Positions 12,439 to 22,765 of a DNA stretch of 64,000 bases are shown in pieces. Location: NCBI RefSeq assembly GCF_030013205.1, contig NZ_CP122648.1; one strand, 5' to 3'. Source of the DNA: Escherichia coli. GTDB taxonomy: Bacteria > Pseudomonadota > Gammaproteobacteria > Enterobacterales > Enterobacteriaceae. The translations under genes and the position numbers were made by a program. The stretch's first letter is position 1; every line of letters begins with the position of its first letter. A model generated the notes under the pieces. It worked only from the letters and a program-made list of their open reading frames with translations, searched no databases and was not told the origin of the DNA.

Positions 12439-15232
12439 CATCCGGGTCGCTTTCAGCGCCGTTGACAGGCTGACCCGGCCTGCCGAAAACGCCCGCCGCC
12501 TGATGGGGCAGTTTGGTGACTCCATCCAGCGAACGCAGGGGGCGATCAAAAATCTCGAGCGTCAGGCGCGTTCATTTGAGCGCGCCCGTGACGCTGTCAG
12601 TAAAGCGGATGCTGGCATATTGAAAGCACGACGCCAGCTTAACGCCCTTAATCAGTTACAACGCACGGGTACAGTGCTCAGCGAAAAACAACAAAAGCTG
12701 ATGCAGCAGTTAAGCACCCGGCTTGAACGCCTGAATGAATCGCGCACACGGGAAATTCAGAAAATGCGGGAGCTTGGCGGAGAGCTGAAACGCCACGGCA
12801 TTTCCCTGACAGGCAGCGATAACACCATCCAGCAGGCCATCAGACGCACCGAACAGTACAACAACCAGCTTGAACGCGAACGGCAGGCGCTTGCGCGTGT
12901 AACACGGGCGCGTGAGCGGTATTCGCGCGCGCAGGAAACAGCGGGAAAACTGAAAACAGGTGGTGCGCTGGCAATTGGTGCGGCAACGGCGGGCGGCTAT
13001 GCTGCCGGGCGTTTTTTGCAGCCTGCGATCGGGTTCGGCAAAGAGATGTCCCGCGTTCAGGCACTGACGCGAATCGACAAAAACAGCCCGCAGTTTAAGG
13101 CGCTGCGTGAGCAGGCGTTAAAACTTGGCTCTGAAACACAGTTTACTGCGAGTGATGCCGCCAGTGGGCAGAGCTTTCTGGCAATGGCTGGTTTTACTCC
13201 GCAGGCCATTCAGGCCGCATTGCCCGGTGTTCTTAATATGGCGCTGGCAGGTGGCGTCGAACTCGGCGAGACGGCTGATATAGGCTCCAATATCCTCACA
13301 CAGTTCAACCTGACAGCCGATCAAATGGACCGTGTTGGCGATACGCTGACAGCAGCATTCACCCGGACCAATACTGATTTACGCGCGCTGGGCGAAACCA
13401 TGAAGTATACCGGTCCGGTTGCCGCAAAACTTGGTATCAGTCTTGAAGAAGCGGCGGCCATGGCCGGGATGCTTGCCAATAATGGTCTTCGCGGAAGCGA
13501 TGCTGGTACGGCCATGCGCGCAAGTCTGTCCCGCCTTGCATCACCGCCAAAAGCTGCGGCTGATGCACTGAAAGAGCTGGGGGTGTCAGTTGCTGACGCC
13601 AGAGGCAAAATGCGCCCGATGGAGGATGTGCTGCTTGATCTCTATAAGGCGACACAAAAATACGGACAGGTGGACCAGGTTTCCTTCTTCAAGGACATCG
13701 CCGGAGAAGAGGCGTTCGTTGGTTTGCAGACGCTTGTTGCGGCGGCTGGTTCAGGAGAGCTGCAAAAACTGACCAGAGAATTGCAGGGGGCAAGGGGAGA
13801 GGCCGATCGCGTCGCAAAAGTAATGGCCGATAATCTTGATGGGGACCTGAAAAATCTCGACAGCGCATGGGAAGGTCTTCGTATTCGCATCAGTGATCTG
13901 GTTGACGGTCCGCTGCGTTCTGTCACGCAGTGGCTCACGCGGGTGCTTGAAAAAATCACCTCGCTGGCGCAGGCCCATCCGGTACTGACGCGCCAGCTAC
14001 TGATAGCAGGCGGTGCGTTGCTGGCAATGACTGCAACGATTGGCTCGTTGTCGCTGGTTATTGGGGTGCTTTACGGGAAGCTGGCCACCCTGCGTCTTGG
14101 TTTTGACATTCTTACCCGGTCAATGAATGTCGTCAGGGTGTTGCCTGCGCTGTGGGGAATGGTGACGGGTTCCGTTTCTTTACTGGGAGGCGCCATCGGG
14201 GCGTTGTTCAGTCCGGTTGGTCTTATCGTGGCTGCGCTTGCCGGAGCTGCCGTTCTTATCTGGAAATACTGGGATCCCATCAGGGCATTTTTTGCCGGGG
14301 TGTTCAGCGGGATTATGGAAAGGCTGACCCCGTTGCGCGAAACCTTTGAACGGTTTGGTCCTGTTTTTGACACAATCGGAAGCGGGATCAGCCAGGTGTT
14401 TAACTGGTTTAAATCGCTGCTGTCACCGATGGAGTCCAGCAAGGAAACGCTGGATAAATGTACCAGTGCTGGCGAGATATTCGGTAACGTTCTTGGCGGT
14501 GCGTTACAGCTTGTTCTGACACCTGCAAAAATGCTACTGGATACGCTGGCGTGGATACTTGAAAAACTTGGCGTCCTTCCGGATGAAGCGGAAAGGGCGC
14601 GCAAGAAAATCGAAGACGCACAGCGTGCGGCCATTCTTCAGGACAAGGTTGTCTTGCTTCAGGGTGACCTGGCGAAAATCAATCCGCCGAAGCCTGTGGA
14701 AAATGGCAATGGCACCGGAGGTAATAAACCCAAAGACAACAAACCGCTCACAGACAGCAATACCGGGACGCTACGCAGACTCAGCAAAATTGCTGATAAC
14801 ACAGGTAAGCTGGTTGATGAGACGAAAAAACGCATTGGCCCCGGCGATATTGTCTTTAAGAACCTGCCCCGCGCACTTGCTGTTCGTGGAGAGTGGCAGG
14901 AGCGGAAGATTGCGCAGGTCAGTAAGCCTGCCCCCGCAATTAATATCACACCCGTGGTCCCGGCTCCGCTGCCTCCGGCGCTGGTCCCTGTTGTTGCGGC
15001 CAGCTCCCGCCCGGTGGCGGAGGCCATACGATCTCCAGTGGCATCAGTTCCTGTAACTTCCCGTAACCGGGAGCCTGTTGCCTCCGGATTTGGTGGTGAA
15101 ATTCATGTTCATCTGCATAACGTTGTTACGCAGAATCCCCGCGAACTGGCGAAACTGGTCGGTGAAATGGTCAGGGCAGAAATGGAACGGCGCGCCCGTG
15201 CCGGGCGTGGCAGTTTTTACGATAAAGATTGA
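12389..15232 (+). CDS. Tail tape measure protein (P2 gpT-like)
   Basis: 947 aa, long coiled-coil-rich N-terminus and C-terminal hydrophobic segments, position after E/E'; true start probably a downstream Met (12416 or 12425). Confidence 0.85.
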   Translation: MSGRHFAAGMQTMKTLDIRVAFSAVDRLTRPAENARRLMGQFGDSIQRTQGAIKNLERQARSFERARDAVSKADAGILKARRQLNALNQLQRTGTVLSEKQQKLMQQLSTRLERLNESRTREIQKMRELGGELKRHGISLTGSDNTIQQAIRRTEQYNNQLERERQALARVTRARERYSRAQETAGKLKTGGALAIGAATAGGYAAGRFLQPAIGFGKEMSRVQALTRIDKNSPQFKALREQALKLGSETQFTASDAASGQSFLAMAGFTPQAIQAALPGVLNMALAGGVELGETADIGSNILTQFNLTADQMDRVGDTLTAAFTRTNTDLRALGETMKYTGPVAAKLGISLEEAAAMAGMLANNGLRGSDAGTAMRASLSRLASPPKAAADALKELGVSVADARGKMRPMEDVLLDLYKATQKYGQVDQVSFFKDIAGEEAFVGLQTLVAAAGSGELQKLTRELQGARGEADRVAKVMADNLDGDLKNLDSAWEGLRIRISDLVDGPLRSVTQWLTRVLEKITSLAQAHPVLTRQLLIAGGALLAMTATIGSLSLVIGVLYGKLATLRLGFDILTRSMNVVRVLPALWGMVTGSVSLLGGAIGALFSPVGLIVAALAGAAVLIWKYWDPIRAFFAGVFSGIMERLTPLRETFERFGPVFDTIGSGISQVFNWFKSLLSPMESSKETLDKCTSAGEIFGNVLGGALQLVLTPAKMLLDTLAWILEKLGVLPDEAERARKKIEDAQRAAILQDKVVLLQGDLAKINPPKPVENGNGTGGNKPKDNKPLTDSNTGTLRRLSKIADNTGKLVDETKKRIGPGDIVFKNLPRALAVRGEWQERKIAQVSKPAPAINITPVVPAPLPPALVPVVAASSRPVAEAIRSPVASVPVTSRNREPVASGFGGEIHVHLHNVVTQNPRELAKLVGEMVRAEMERRARAGRGSFYDKD

Positions 15233-15238
15233 GGAGTC

Positions 15239-15733
15239 ATGGCCATGATGATGATCTACGGCATGTTTGTTTTTGAGCTGCGCACGCTGCCGCATCAGCA
15301 GTTACAGCAAAACAAAAGCTGGCGGCATGTGAAAAATGAACGCGTTAACCGTTCAGCAAGCTGGCAGTATATCGGTGCAGGTGATGATCGCATCGTTCTT
15401 TCTGGTGTGCTTTATCCTGAAATTACAGGTGGCGAAGTGTCGCTGTCGCTGCTGACCACGCAGGCGTATACAGGACGCCCCTGGCCTCTTATTGATGGCG
15501 TCGGGCAGATTTACGGCATGTATGTCCTGACCGAAACGAATACGACCCGTTCCGAGTTTGATCGCTACGGTAAGGCGAAAAAGATAGAATTTTCACTGAC
15601 CCTTGAACGCTGTGATGAGGATTTGCGGGAGCGCCTGCAATCCTCATCGTTCAGCGATATGCTGTCCGGCTTCAAAGATAAAGTGACATCATCCCTTAAC
15701 AGCGCGGCCAGTTCAGTTAAAGGGCTGTTCTGA
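15239..15733 (+). CDS. Tail protein (P2 gpU-like)
   Basis: 164 aa MAMMMIYGMFVFELRTLPHQ...; N-terminal similarity to P2 U; directly follows the tape measure gene. Confidence 0.75.
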   Translation: MAMMMIYGMFVFELRTLPHQQLQQNKSWRHVKNERVNRSASWQYIGAGDDRIVLSGVLYPEITGGEVSLSLLTTQAYTGRPWPLIDGVGQIYGMYVLTETNTTRSEFDRYGKAKKIEFSLTLERCDEDLRERLQSSSFSDMLSGFKDKVTSSLNSAASSVKGLF

Positions 15734-15903
15734 TTTAATGCTGGCCACTCATACCCTCATACCTGGTAATAAGTGGCCAGTCTTAACACTCACCATTTGA
15801 TTGCACCAGTGTTAACGATTTGTTACTGGACATCAGGCACGCTGGATAGCCAGTAGAAACATACCATTAAAATTATTACAATAATTGGTCACATGATTAT
15901 CTT

Positions 15904-16467
15904 ATGCTGAATAATAGAGATATGAATATTAATGAACTTAAAGATTGTATTCACTATGAAGTAATCGGTAGCGAGCGTCCTTTCTCCTGGCGAAAGGCAA
16001 TTGTTCGCGCAATAAAACATAGAAGAGTTCGTTATTTATTTTGGTGGCGCATAGCCAAATACCTTTTTGATAAAGGCGGATACTGTCGGAAGATTGCGGG
16101 GAAAATAGAACGTTTCATTCTTGATAAATATAATGTAACAGTCCCTTTAACTGTAAATATAGGGAAAGGCTTTGATATTTCTTATCTCAACAGTGTTGTT
16201 ATCGGTCACAAAGTAACAATCGGTGAAAATTGTTCAATAAAACCAGGGGTAACTATTGGGCTGCGTGGTGATTTTAATGATATGGATATTGTTATAGGAC
16301 ATAATGTGACCATTGGTTGTAATGCCACCATTCTTGGTGGCAAAGTGCGTATAGGAAACAATGTCACAATAGGTGCTCATGCATTGGTATTGCATGATAT
16401 TCCAGATGATTCAACATTCATCACTAAATTTCAGTCTGAAGTTATCTGCTCGTCCTCCCGCACATAA
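15904..16467 (+). CDS. Hexapeptide-repeat (left-handed beta-helix) acyl/acetyltransferase, cargo at the Z/fun position
   Basis: 187 aa with tandem [LIV]-G-x-x-x-x hexapeptide repeats ([22 protein letters not shown]...[16 protein letters not shown]...); AT-rich; convergent with and overlapping the 3' end of the tail-fibre assembly gene. Confidence 0.7.
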   Translation: MLNNRDMNINELKDCIHYEVIGSERPFSWRKAIVRAIKHRRVRYLFWWRIAKYLFDKGGYCRKIAGKIERFILDKYNVTVPLTVNIGKGFDISYLNSVVIGHKVTIGENCSIKPGVTIGLRGDFNDMDIVIGHNVTIGCNATILGGKVRIGNNVTIGAHALVLHDIPDDSTFITKFQSEVICSSSRT

Positions 16468-17048
16468 CCCTGATTCATCAGCTCTGGCCATACGATATCC
16501 GGAGCTGTACTGGTGTCAATTCTACTCACTAATACTCTGTATTTTCTCCAGGAATCCAGTTGTGAATTTTCCTCGTTTGTTGCTATTTCAAGATTAACTG
16601 CATCCTGCAGAATTGCGATGTTATCTGTTGCTTCCTGGATCAACCTTGCCTTTTTCTCTTCCGCTTCCCGTATCCGAAACAGTTTTTCTGCTTCCTCATC
16701 CTTCACCCAGGATACGCCGTCCCACTTCTGATACTCCCCTGCTGGCGACAACCAGGTGACATTCTCTGGTAGCGGTCCGGGTTCAGAAATAAACAACGCG
16801 TCCCCCGATGCCACGTCATAGACCGTTTTACCACGATGGTCTTCAACAATATTCCACGATTCATTTTCACTGTTAAAAACTGCCACAAAGCCAGCAGGAA
16901 TTTCCGGTGGGGCGATATCTGTAGAATTGGCTGGCAGCCCTGTATGAGGTGGAATATATGCGTCACCTTCACCAATAAACTCATTAGTTCCGGCCAGCAG
17001 GTTATAAATTTTTACAGTACGTGATTGTTCACTCATTCTGAATGCCAT
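16431..17048 (-). CDS. Tail fibre assembly protein (P2 gpG / Tfa family)
   Basis: 205 aa; typical Tfa N-terminal region; start overlaps the stop of the upstream tail-fibre fragment (TAATG). Confidence 0.8.
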   Translation of the reverse strand: MAFRMSEQSRTVKIYNLLAGTNEFIGEGDAYIPPHTGLPANSTDIAPPEIPAGFVAVFNSENESWNIVEDHRGKTVYDVASGDALFISEPGPLPENVTWLSPAGEYQKWDGVSWVKDEEAEKLFRIREAEEKKARLIQEATDNIAILQDAVNLEIATNEENSQLDSWRKYRVLVSRIDTSTAPDIVWPELMNQGYVREDEQITSD

Positions 17049-17395
17049 TATGCAAGCCTCACAATATAATTAAATGCGATGTTTTTAACGGTGTTTTCCG
17101 CGTTACCAGCAGCGTTAACGGTGATGGTGTGTCCATGTGAACCAATCGCAACAGAGTGCGTATGAGCGCCAATAGCTGATTGAGTGTGACGCCATACGCC
17201 CCACGGACCATCAGTGCCATTCCACTTATTGGCGAGTTTACGCATGTATACATTGCCGTCTCTCGTGATAAAACGTTGCGTGCCTGCAAAATTGCCAGCT
17301 GCAAAAACCTCAAGCACACCGACAGCATTATCTTCCGGGAAATTTTTCTCCAGTGTTGCGTTGGTGGATGTTGCTTTAGACCAGATGCCAGTGCA
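17048..17395 (-). pseudogene. Tail fibre gene (H-like), 3' fragment only
   Basis: Open frame from the stop at 17396..17398 to 17048 encodes ...[40 protein letters not shown], a typical tail-fibre C-terminus; no N-terminal part; fused out of frame to the truncated capsid gene. Confidence 0.7.
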
Positions 17396-18033
17396 TCAGC
17401 GTTCGCATACTTACCCGCGTGCGCCACGGTGTTGTCCATGTTACGGGAGGTCAGCGTCACGTCATTCATAACGCGTTCGCTGGCGTCGGTTCTGATGTGC
17501 TCCAGCCACCCCACGTTAACGTCCTGAAGCAACTTGTTGGTGCTGAAGTTGGACTCATCCGCGTGAGACGTGCCGTTGAAACCGATCATGATTCGGTCAA
17601 GCGCCACCTGTCGGGCAATCTGTGCGCTGATGCGGGACTGAAAATCGCTGTGTGCCGACCAGGCATCAAGCTGCGGATACGAAATAAACGTGTCGTAGTT
17701 CACCTGTTCGCACTGGTATTTGCGGTTTTTCAGATCAACCACGTTATTCGGGTTACGGCGTTTTGTTCCGTCATAACTGGTATTCGTGCGCGCAATCGGT
17801 CCTGTGGTATCCAGGAGGATTTTTTCGCCCTTCTGGTCGGTCACGCCGATCACGTTAATTCTTTTTGTAAATTCGGTGCTTTCCTTTGAGGCGTTTTCAA
17901 AACGCTGCTGTACCGAGGGTTCCACGGTAAATCGCGATACCAGTGCGGAAACCGGGATATTGTTAAGCGACGCCTGCTGCGCCATATAGCAACCCAGCTT
18001 GTTGCGGGTAATATCTGACATCACCAGATTCAT
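17381..18033 (-). pseudogene. Major capsid protein gene (P2 gpN-like), truncated after ~217 codons
   Basis: N-terminal 217 aa align with P2 N (FTVEPSV, GEKI, KYxCxQ, IMxGFNG, LQDVxVGWL, RVM); after ADALAS the frame runs into tail-fibre DNA and yields low-complexity sequence. Confidence 0.75.
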
Positions 18034-18056
18034 AAAAAATTTGCTCCTTTGTCTTA

Positions 18057-18926
18057 TCAGAAGTCAGCCAACTGGTCGGAGGCTGCGCCTGTTGCGGTGA
18101 ACCGGTTCTGCGGATCGCCGTCCTGCGTGCGCAGTTTTTCCTTCAGTTCTGCCAGCTCTGTGGTCAGTAAAGTGATTTTCTGGCTGTCCTGCTGATGGCG
18201 GGTTTCCAGCACATTAAAACGGTCGATAATGTCGGCCTGTGACGTTGCGACACCTTCCACCGCTTCCTGAATACGGGAGAAACTGGCGTCATCCGCTTTG
18301 CGGCCACGGCCAATAATCCCCATAACGCGGTTAAACCACTGGGTGCCTTCCTCCTGACGTTGTTCGGTGAGTTCGATAAGTTCTGACTCCATAGCGGCGG
18401 TAAACATCGCCACGTCTCCCTGCTGACAGTTGAATGTCATCAGTTGCATACGTTGTTGTGCCGCAAAGGCCAGACGTTCCGTGCCCAGGCTGGCGGGGGT
18501 GTCGGTCATTGCCAGCCCGCGCAGGTAAGGGCCTCCCGTGATGGTTGACTGTGGTTCCAGCTCAATACTGGAGTAAATTTTTTTACCATCGTTAAGCAGG
18601 GACATCATGCGAGCGGTCGGCTCAATTTCGGCATACAGTGCCGTGCGACCTGCCAGCGGGCCATCGGTTATGTCTTCGGTGCTCAACCCCACAACATCGC
18701 CCATAGCGGAAAACTCGCTACCGGGGAGTGGTGACAGGATGTGCTCAATATTCACACGTGCACCATAAACGGACGGGTTATAACTGGTGGCGGCAGCTTT
18801 CAGCATGTCGCCGTTGATTTCGCGCCCGTCTGCCGTTACACCGGAGACAGCCACGCGAAACTTTTTGCGGGATGTCTTTTTTTCATTAGCCATAGTTTTT
18901 GCCCCTCTGACTGGTTCTTCAGTCAT
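18057..18926 (-). CDS. Capsid scaffold protein (P2 gpO-like)
   Basis: 289 aa, similar to P2 O (FRVAVSGVTADGREI..., GLAMTDTPASLGTE); divergent from the terminase gene. Confidence 0.85.
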   Translation of the reverse strand: MTEEPVRGAKTMANEKKTSRKKFRVAVSGVTADGREINGDMLKAAATSYNPSVYGARVNIEHILSPLPGSEFSAMGDVVGLSTEDITDGPLAGRTALYAEIEPTARMMSLLNDGKKIYSSIELEPQSTITGGPYLRGLAMTDTPASLGTERLAFAAQQRMQLMTFNCQQGDVAMFTAAMESELIELTEQRQEEGTQWFNRVMGIIGRGRKADDASFSRIQEAVEGVATSQADIIDRFNVLETRHQQDSQKITLLTTELAELKEKLRTQDGDPQNRFTATGAASDQLADF

Positions 18927-19047
18927 GATGGCAAAGCGTAACAGGCTGATACAAAGGGCTTTTGTTGTAAGAAAACAGTCAGAACAGGGGGTTAAGGAGA
19001 ACGGTTTCGCGCGCGGGTAATCTTCCTGTAATTACTCAGGGGGAGCA

Positions 19048-20799
19048 ATGATTCAGGACGCTTTTGTGCGCCAGCGTGCGCGACAACTTTACTGGCAGGG
19101 TTATCCGCCCGCAGAAATATCACGTCTGATGGGAATAAACCCGAACACGATTTATGCGTGGAAAAAACGCGACCAGTGGGATGAAACGCCACCCGTGCAG
19201 CGTGTCACGCAGTCCATCGATGCGCGCCTCATCCAGCTTACTGAAAAACAGAATAAAACAGGCGGTGACTTTAAGGAAATAGACCTGCTGACCCGGCAGC
19301 TTAAAAAACTGCATGATGGCCAGCCGGATGTGACGGCCACAGGAAAGAAAGGCCGGGCGAAAAAACTCAAAAATCATTTCACGCCGGAACAGATTGCCGC
19401 ACTGCGGGAAAAAATCATCAGCAGGCTGGAGTGGCATCAGCGGGGCTGGTTTGACTCCCTGACCCTTTGCAGGGAAGCCGGGATACGTAACAGGATGATC
19501 CTGAAATCCCGACAGATTGGGGCGACCTGGTATTTTGCACAGGAAGCACTGCTGATGGCGCTGCGTGACGATGTGGCGCAACCTTACCAGCGTAACCAGA
19601 TTTTTTTGTCTGCGTCGCGTCGTCAGGCGTTCCAGTTTAAAAGCATTATTCAGAAGGCCGCGGCTGAAGTTGATGTGGAGCTGAAAGGGGGCGATAAAAT
19701 CATCCTCTCCAACGGCGCAGAGCTGCATTTTCTCGGCACTTCTGCTGCGTCGGCACAGTCCTATACGGGCAATTTTTATTTTGATGAATTCTTCTGGGTC
19801 AGTCGCTTTGCTGAACTGCGCAAGGTGGCTGGCGCTATGGCAACCCTCAGCGGACTGCGGCGCACCTACTTCTCCACGCCATCCACCGAAACGCACGAGG
19901 CATACGCCTACTGGAACGGCGACCGCTGGAACGAGAAAAAGGCCACGCATAAACGCCAGCGTTTTTCTGTGGACTGGAAAACGCTGCATAACGGGCTTAT
20001 CTGCCCTGACCGGACGTGGCGGCAAATTGTCACGCTGGAAGATGTGGTTAATCACGGCTGGAAACACACCGATATTGACGAAATCCGTGATGAAAACACC
20101 GAAGACGAGTTCCTCAATCTCTATATGTGTGAGTTTGTTCGCGAAGGGGAATCGGCATTTAACCTGAATATCCTGATTGGCTGCGGTGTTGACGGATACG
20201 ACGACTGGAAAGACTGGAAACCTTTTGCTCCCCGCCCGATGGGGAATCGTCCGGTATGGATTGGGTATGACGCAAACGGCAGCAGTGGCAACGGCGACAG
20301 CGGCGCTGTGTCCGTGGTGGTTCCTCCGGCTGTTCCTGGTGGCCGTTTTCGAACGGTGGAGACGCGACGCGTTCAGGGGCTGGAGTTTGAAGAACAGGCC
20401 AGAGTCATTGAAGAGTTCACGTATCGCTACAACGTGGAACACATCGGCATTGATGTGACGGGCGGGAACGGGGAGGCTGTTTATCAGATAGTGAAACGGT
20501 TTTTCCCTGCTGCTATTCCGTACACCTTCACGCTGTCATCAAAACGGTCGCTGGTACTGAAAATGCTGCAAATAATGCGTGCCGGGCGGTGGGAATACGA
20601 TCGCGCCGAACGCGAGCTGGTCGCGGCCTTTAACGCCGTGCGTAAGGTGAAAACACCGGGCGGCTTTATCACTTACGAAACGGACCGCGCGAGGGGGATC
20701 AGCCACGGCGACCTTGCGTGGGCAACCATGCTTGCTGTCATTAACGAACCGATTGGCGGCGAAGGAGAAAACGAGCGTTTCACGGTTATGGAGTTCTGA
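19048..20799 (+). CDS. Terminase large (ATPase) subunit (P2 gpP-like)
   Basis: 583 aa with N-terminal HTH-like region and nuclease-like C-terminus; size and position as P2 P. Confidence 0.85.
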   Translation: MIQDAFVRQRARQLYWQGYPPAEISRLMGINPNTIYAWKKRDQWDETPPVQRVTQSIDARLIQLTEKQNKTGGDFKEIDLLTRQLKKLHDGQPDVTATGKKGRAKKLKNHFTPEQIAALREKIISRLEWHQRGWFDSLTLCREAGIRNRMILKSRQIGATWYFAQEALLMALRDDVAQPYQRNQIFLSASRRQAFQFKSIIQKAAAEVDVELKGGDKIILSNGAELHFLGTSAASAQSYTGNFYFDEFFWVSRFAELRKVAGAMATLSGLRRTYFSTPSTETHEAYAYWNGDRWNEKKATHKRQRFSVDWKTLHNGLICPDRTWRQIVTLEDVVNHGWKHTDIDEIRDENTEDEFLNLYMCEFVREGESAFNLNILIGCGVDGYDDWKDWKPFAPRPMGNRPVWIGYDANGSSGNGDSGAVSVVVPPAVPGGRFRTVETRRVQGLEFEEQARVIEEFTYRYNVEHIGIDVTGGNGEAVYQIVKRFFPAAIPYTFTLSSKRSLVLKMLQIMRAGRWEYDRAERELVAAFNAVRKVKTPGGFITYETDRARGISHGDLAWATMLAVINEPIGGEGENERFTVMEF

Positions 20800-21845
20800 T
20801 GAGCAGAAAAAATAAAAAAGTGCGCATGAGTTCACGCATTGATCTCGCTGATGCGCTCAGGAAAGAATCATCGCTCAGTGCATTCACATTTGATGGTCCT
20901 TATCGCCTGACCGGGCATGACCTGCTGGACAATATGTACTGTGCTGATAACGGGCGGTGGTATGAAACCCCGGTGGACTGGTACGGTCTGGCAAGAGCAG
21001 CCCGGCAAACGTCCTGGCATCAGTCTGCGCTTTACTTTAAGCGCAATGTATTACTCGGTTGCTACATCCCGCACCCGCTGCTTTCCCGGCAGGATTTCTC
21101 GGCGCTGGCGCTGGACTGGTTTGTGTTCGGTAACGCATTCCTTGAGCTTCGAAGCAATATGCTCGGCGAACCGCTTAAATTACGGCACGCACTGGCGAAA
21201 TACATGCGACGCGGAAGCGATCTTGAATCATGGTGGTATGTGCAGGATGGCAAGGACGCGTTCCAGTTTCGCCCTGGCAAAGTGTGCCACCTGATGAATC
21301 CGGACATTAACCAGGAAATTTACGGCATGCCGGAATATCTTGGCGCATTACTCTCGGCAAGCCTGTCTCATTCGGCGGACATGTTCAGAAAACTGTATTA
21401 CGACAATGGATCCCACGCCGGGTGCATTATCTACATCGGTGCAGCGCAGGTAAACCGCGAAAGCATGGACTCCCTGAAAGAAACGCTACAGGGTGCGCGT
21501 GGTGGTGGTGCGTTTAAAAACGTGCTCATTCATGCGCCCAACGGGGGCAAAGAGGGGGTGCAAATTTTGCCGTTCCAGCAGATCACCGCAAAGGATGAGT
21601 TCATGAATGTTAAGGCGGCATCCCGTGATGATGTGCTGGCTGCGCACCGCGTTCCGCCGCAACTGATGGGGGCGATGCCGGGTGAAAAAAGTGCGTTTGG
21701 TGATGTGGAGAAGGCCGCGCGGGTTTACGCAATTAACGAGCTGATGCCCGTCATGGAGGCCATGAAGCACATCAATGACTGGCTTGGCGAAGAGGTGATC
21801 CGCTTTAACCCTTACGCACTGTTAGACACCCAGCCCACATCCTGA
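20799..21845 (+). CDS. Portal protein (P2 gpQ-like)
   Basis: 348 aa immediately after the terminase gene (ATGA overlap); P2 portal is ~344 aa. Confidence 0.8.
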   Translation: MSRKNKKVRMSSRIDLADALRKESSLSAFTFDGPYRLTGHDLLDNMYCADNGRWYETPVDWYGLARAARQTSWHQSALYFKRNVLLGCYIPHPLLSRQDFSALALDWFVFGNAFLELRSNMLGEPLKLRHALAKYMRRGSDLESWWYVQDGKDAFQFRPGKVCHLMNPDINQEIYGMPEYLGALLSASLSHSADMFRKLYYDNGSHAGCIIYIGAAQVNRESMDSLKETLQGARGGGAFKNVLIHAPNGGKEGVQILPFQQITAKDEFMNVKAASRDDVLAAHRVPPQLMGAMPGEKSAFGDVEKAARVYAINELMPVMEAMKHINDWLGEEVIRFNPYALLDTQPTS

Positions 21846-21861
21846 CGCGCTTCGCTTGTCT

Positions 21862-21906
21862 GCTGCTTCGCCGGGGCATAAAAAATTTATGCCCCGGCGA
21901 AGCAGC
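21862..21906. terminator. Long GC-rich perfect hairpin after the portal gene (bidirectional terminator; cos region lies beyond)
   Basis: gctgcttcgccggggcataaa / tttatgccccggcgaagcagc inverted repeat. Confidence 0.6.
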
Positions 21907-22332
21907 TCCTGTATCAGTCAGATAATTTCACGACGCTTTCCTGCTTATTGCCATCATCGACGGTCAGACTCTTACGCAATCCCACCGCGTTGACTGCATG
22001 TTCTTCGACGCCTCAGTGCGATTTTGACGGCCTTACCTTTCACCCCATCAAATTAGAATCCCTCACGTCTTTTTCACACTCAGCGTGAGAAATACAGCCA
22101 TTCTGTTGTGTTGCTGCGACATCGTTCAGGGGATGCTATTTACCCCCTGAAACGCGGGCTGTTCCCCCGTCACCTGCGCGCAGAAAAAACGCGTTTTTTT
22201 GTGCACGTACGGATCCTTGACGGATCCAGCCACCACGCGGGCCGGAAGTACAAAAAGTCGTTCAAAAAAATTGTGCAAACTTGTGCACTATCGTGCAAAC
22301 AAAAAAAGCGCCTTATCGGCGCTTCAAAAGTA

Positions 22333-22602
22333 TCAATTGTTGCTGTGTATTAATCGCCAACCACGAACATATGCTTCATAGGCATCTCTGTGCCTTACAG
22401 TTCCAGCCTGGCTAAACGGAATGTTAGCTAAAACTAAATCATTCTGAGCCATAGCGCGTCCTTCAAGCGCATCTTTTATGCCTAGCTCAAAAGCACAGGC
22501 AGCGCATTTGTGCCGACCTTCTTGTCCTTGATATTCAGGGAGAGACAGAAATGTTGGATTATAACGATGAGGGTTCTTGCAAATACCTGTTTTAGCCCGC
22601 AC
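22333..22602 (-). CDS. Hypothetical small protein, Cys/His-containing
   Basis: 89-aa ORF between the cos region and parR; no clear family assignment from sequence. Confidence 0.4.
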   Translation of the reverse strand: MRAKTGICKNPHRYNPTFLSLPEYQGQEGRHKCAACAFELGIKDALEGRAMAQNDLVLANIPFSQAGTVRHRDAYEAYVRGWRLIHSNN

Positions 22603-22732
22603 TTTATTTACCTCATAGGAAAAATATGCGTGCCTTTACAGAGGTGCGTGTAAGCAATAAAATATACGACGCACATTTTGATTTACTTCGGAAGGCACGC
22701 ATATCAGGTTAAGTGAGTCCGACCGAGTTTTA

Positions 22733-22765
22733 CGCCCCAATAGTTGCTGCTATTGGGGCGTTTTG
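22733..22765 (+). terminator. Intrinsic terminator hairpin plus U-tract on the plus strand, ending a structured region
   Basis: cgccccaatagttgctgctattggggcg followed by ttttg; a long-range complementary pair tatgcgtgcctt / aaggcacgcata lies upstream at 22615..22693. Confidence 0.45.

Noticed and set aside
19120-20442. 440-aa minus-strand ORF inside the terminase gene
   Set aside because: Antisense to the terminase large subunit; no recognisable protein.
21907-22332. Exact P2 cos site (19-nt cohesive end)
   Set aside because: Could not match the remembered P2 cos sequence here; the region has GTGCA(A/C) repeats and palindromes and is probably the packaging region, but the cos position cannot be assigned without alignment.
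22108-22381. Plus-strand ORFs of 81 and 60 aa in the cos-proximal region
   Set aside because: Basic low-complexity translations in a repeat-rich non-coding region; no ribosome-binding sites.
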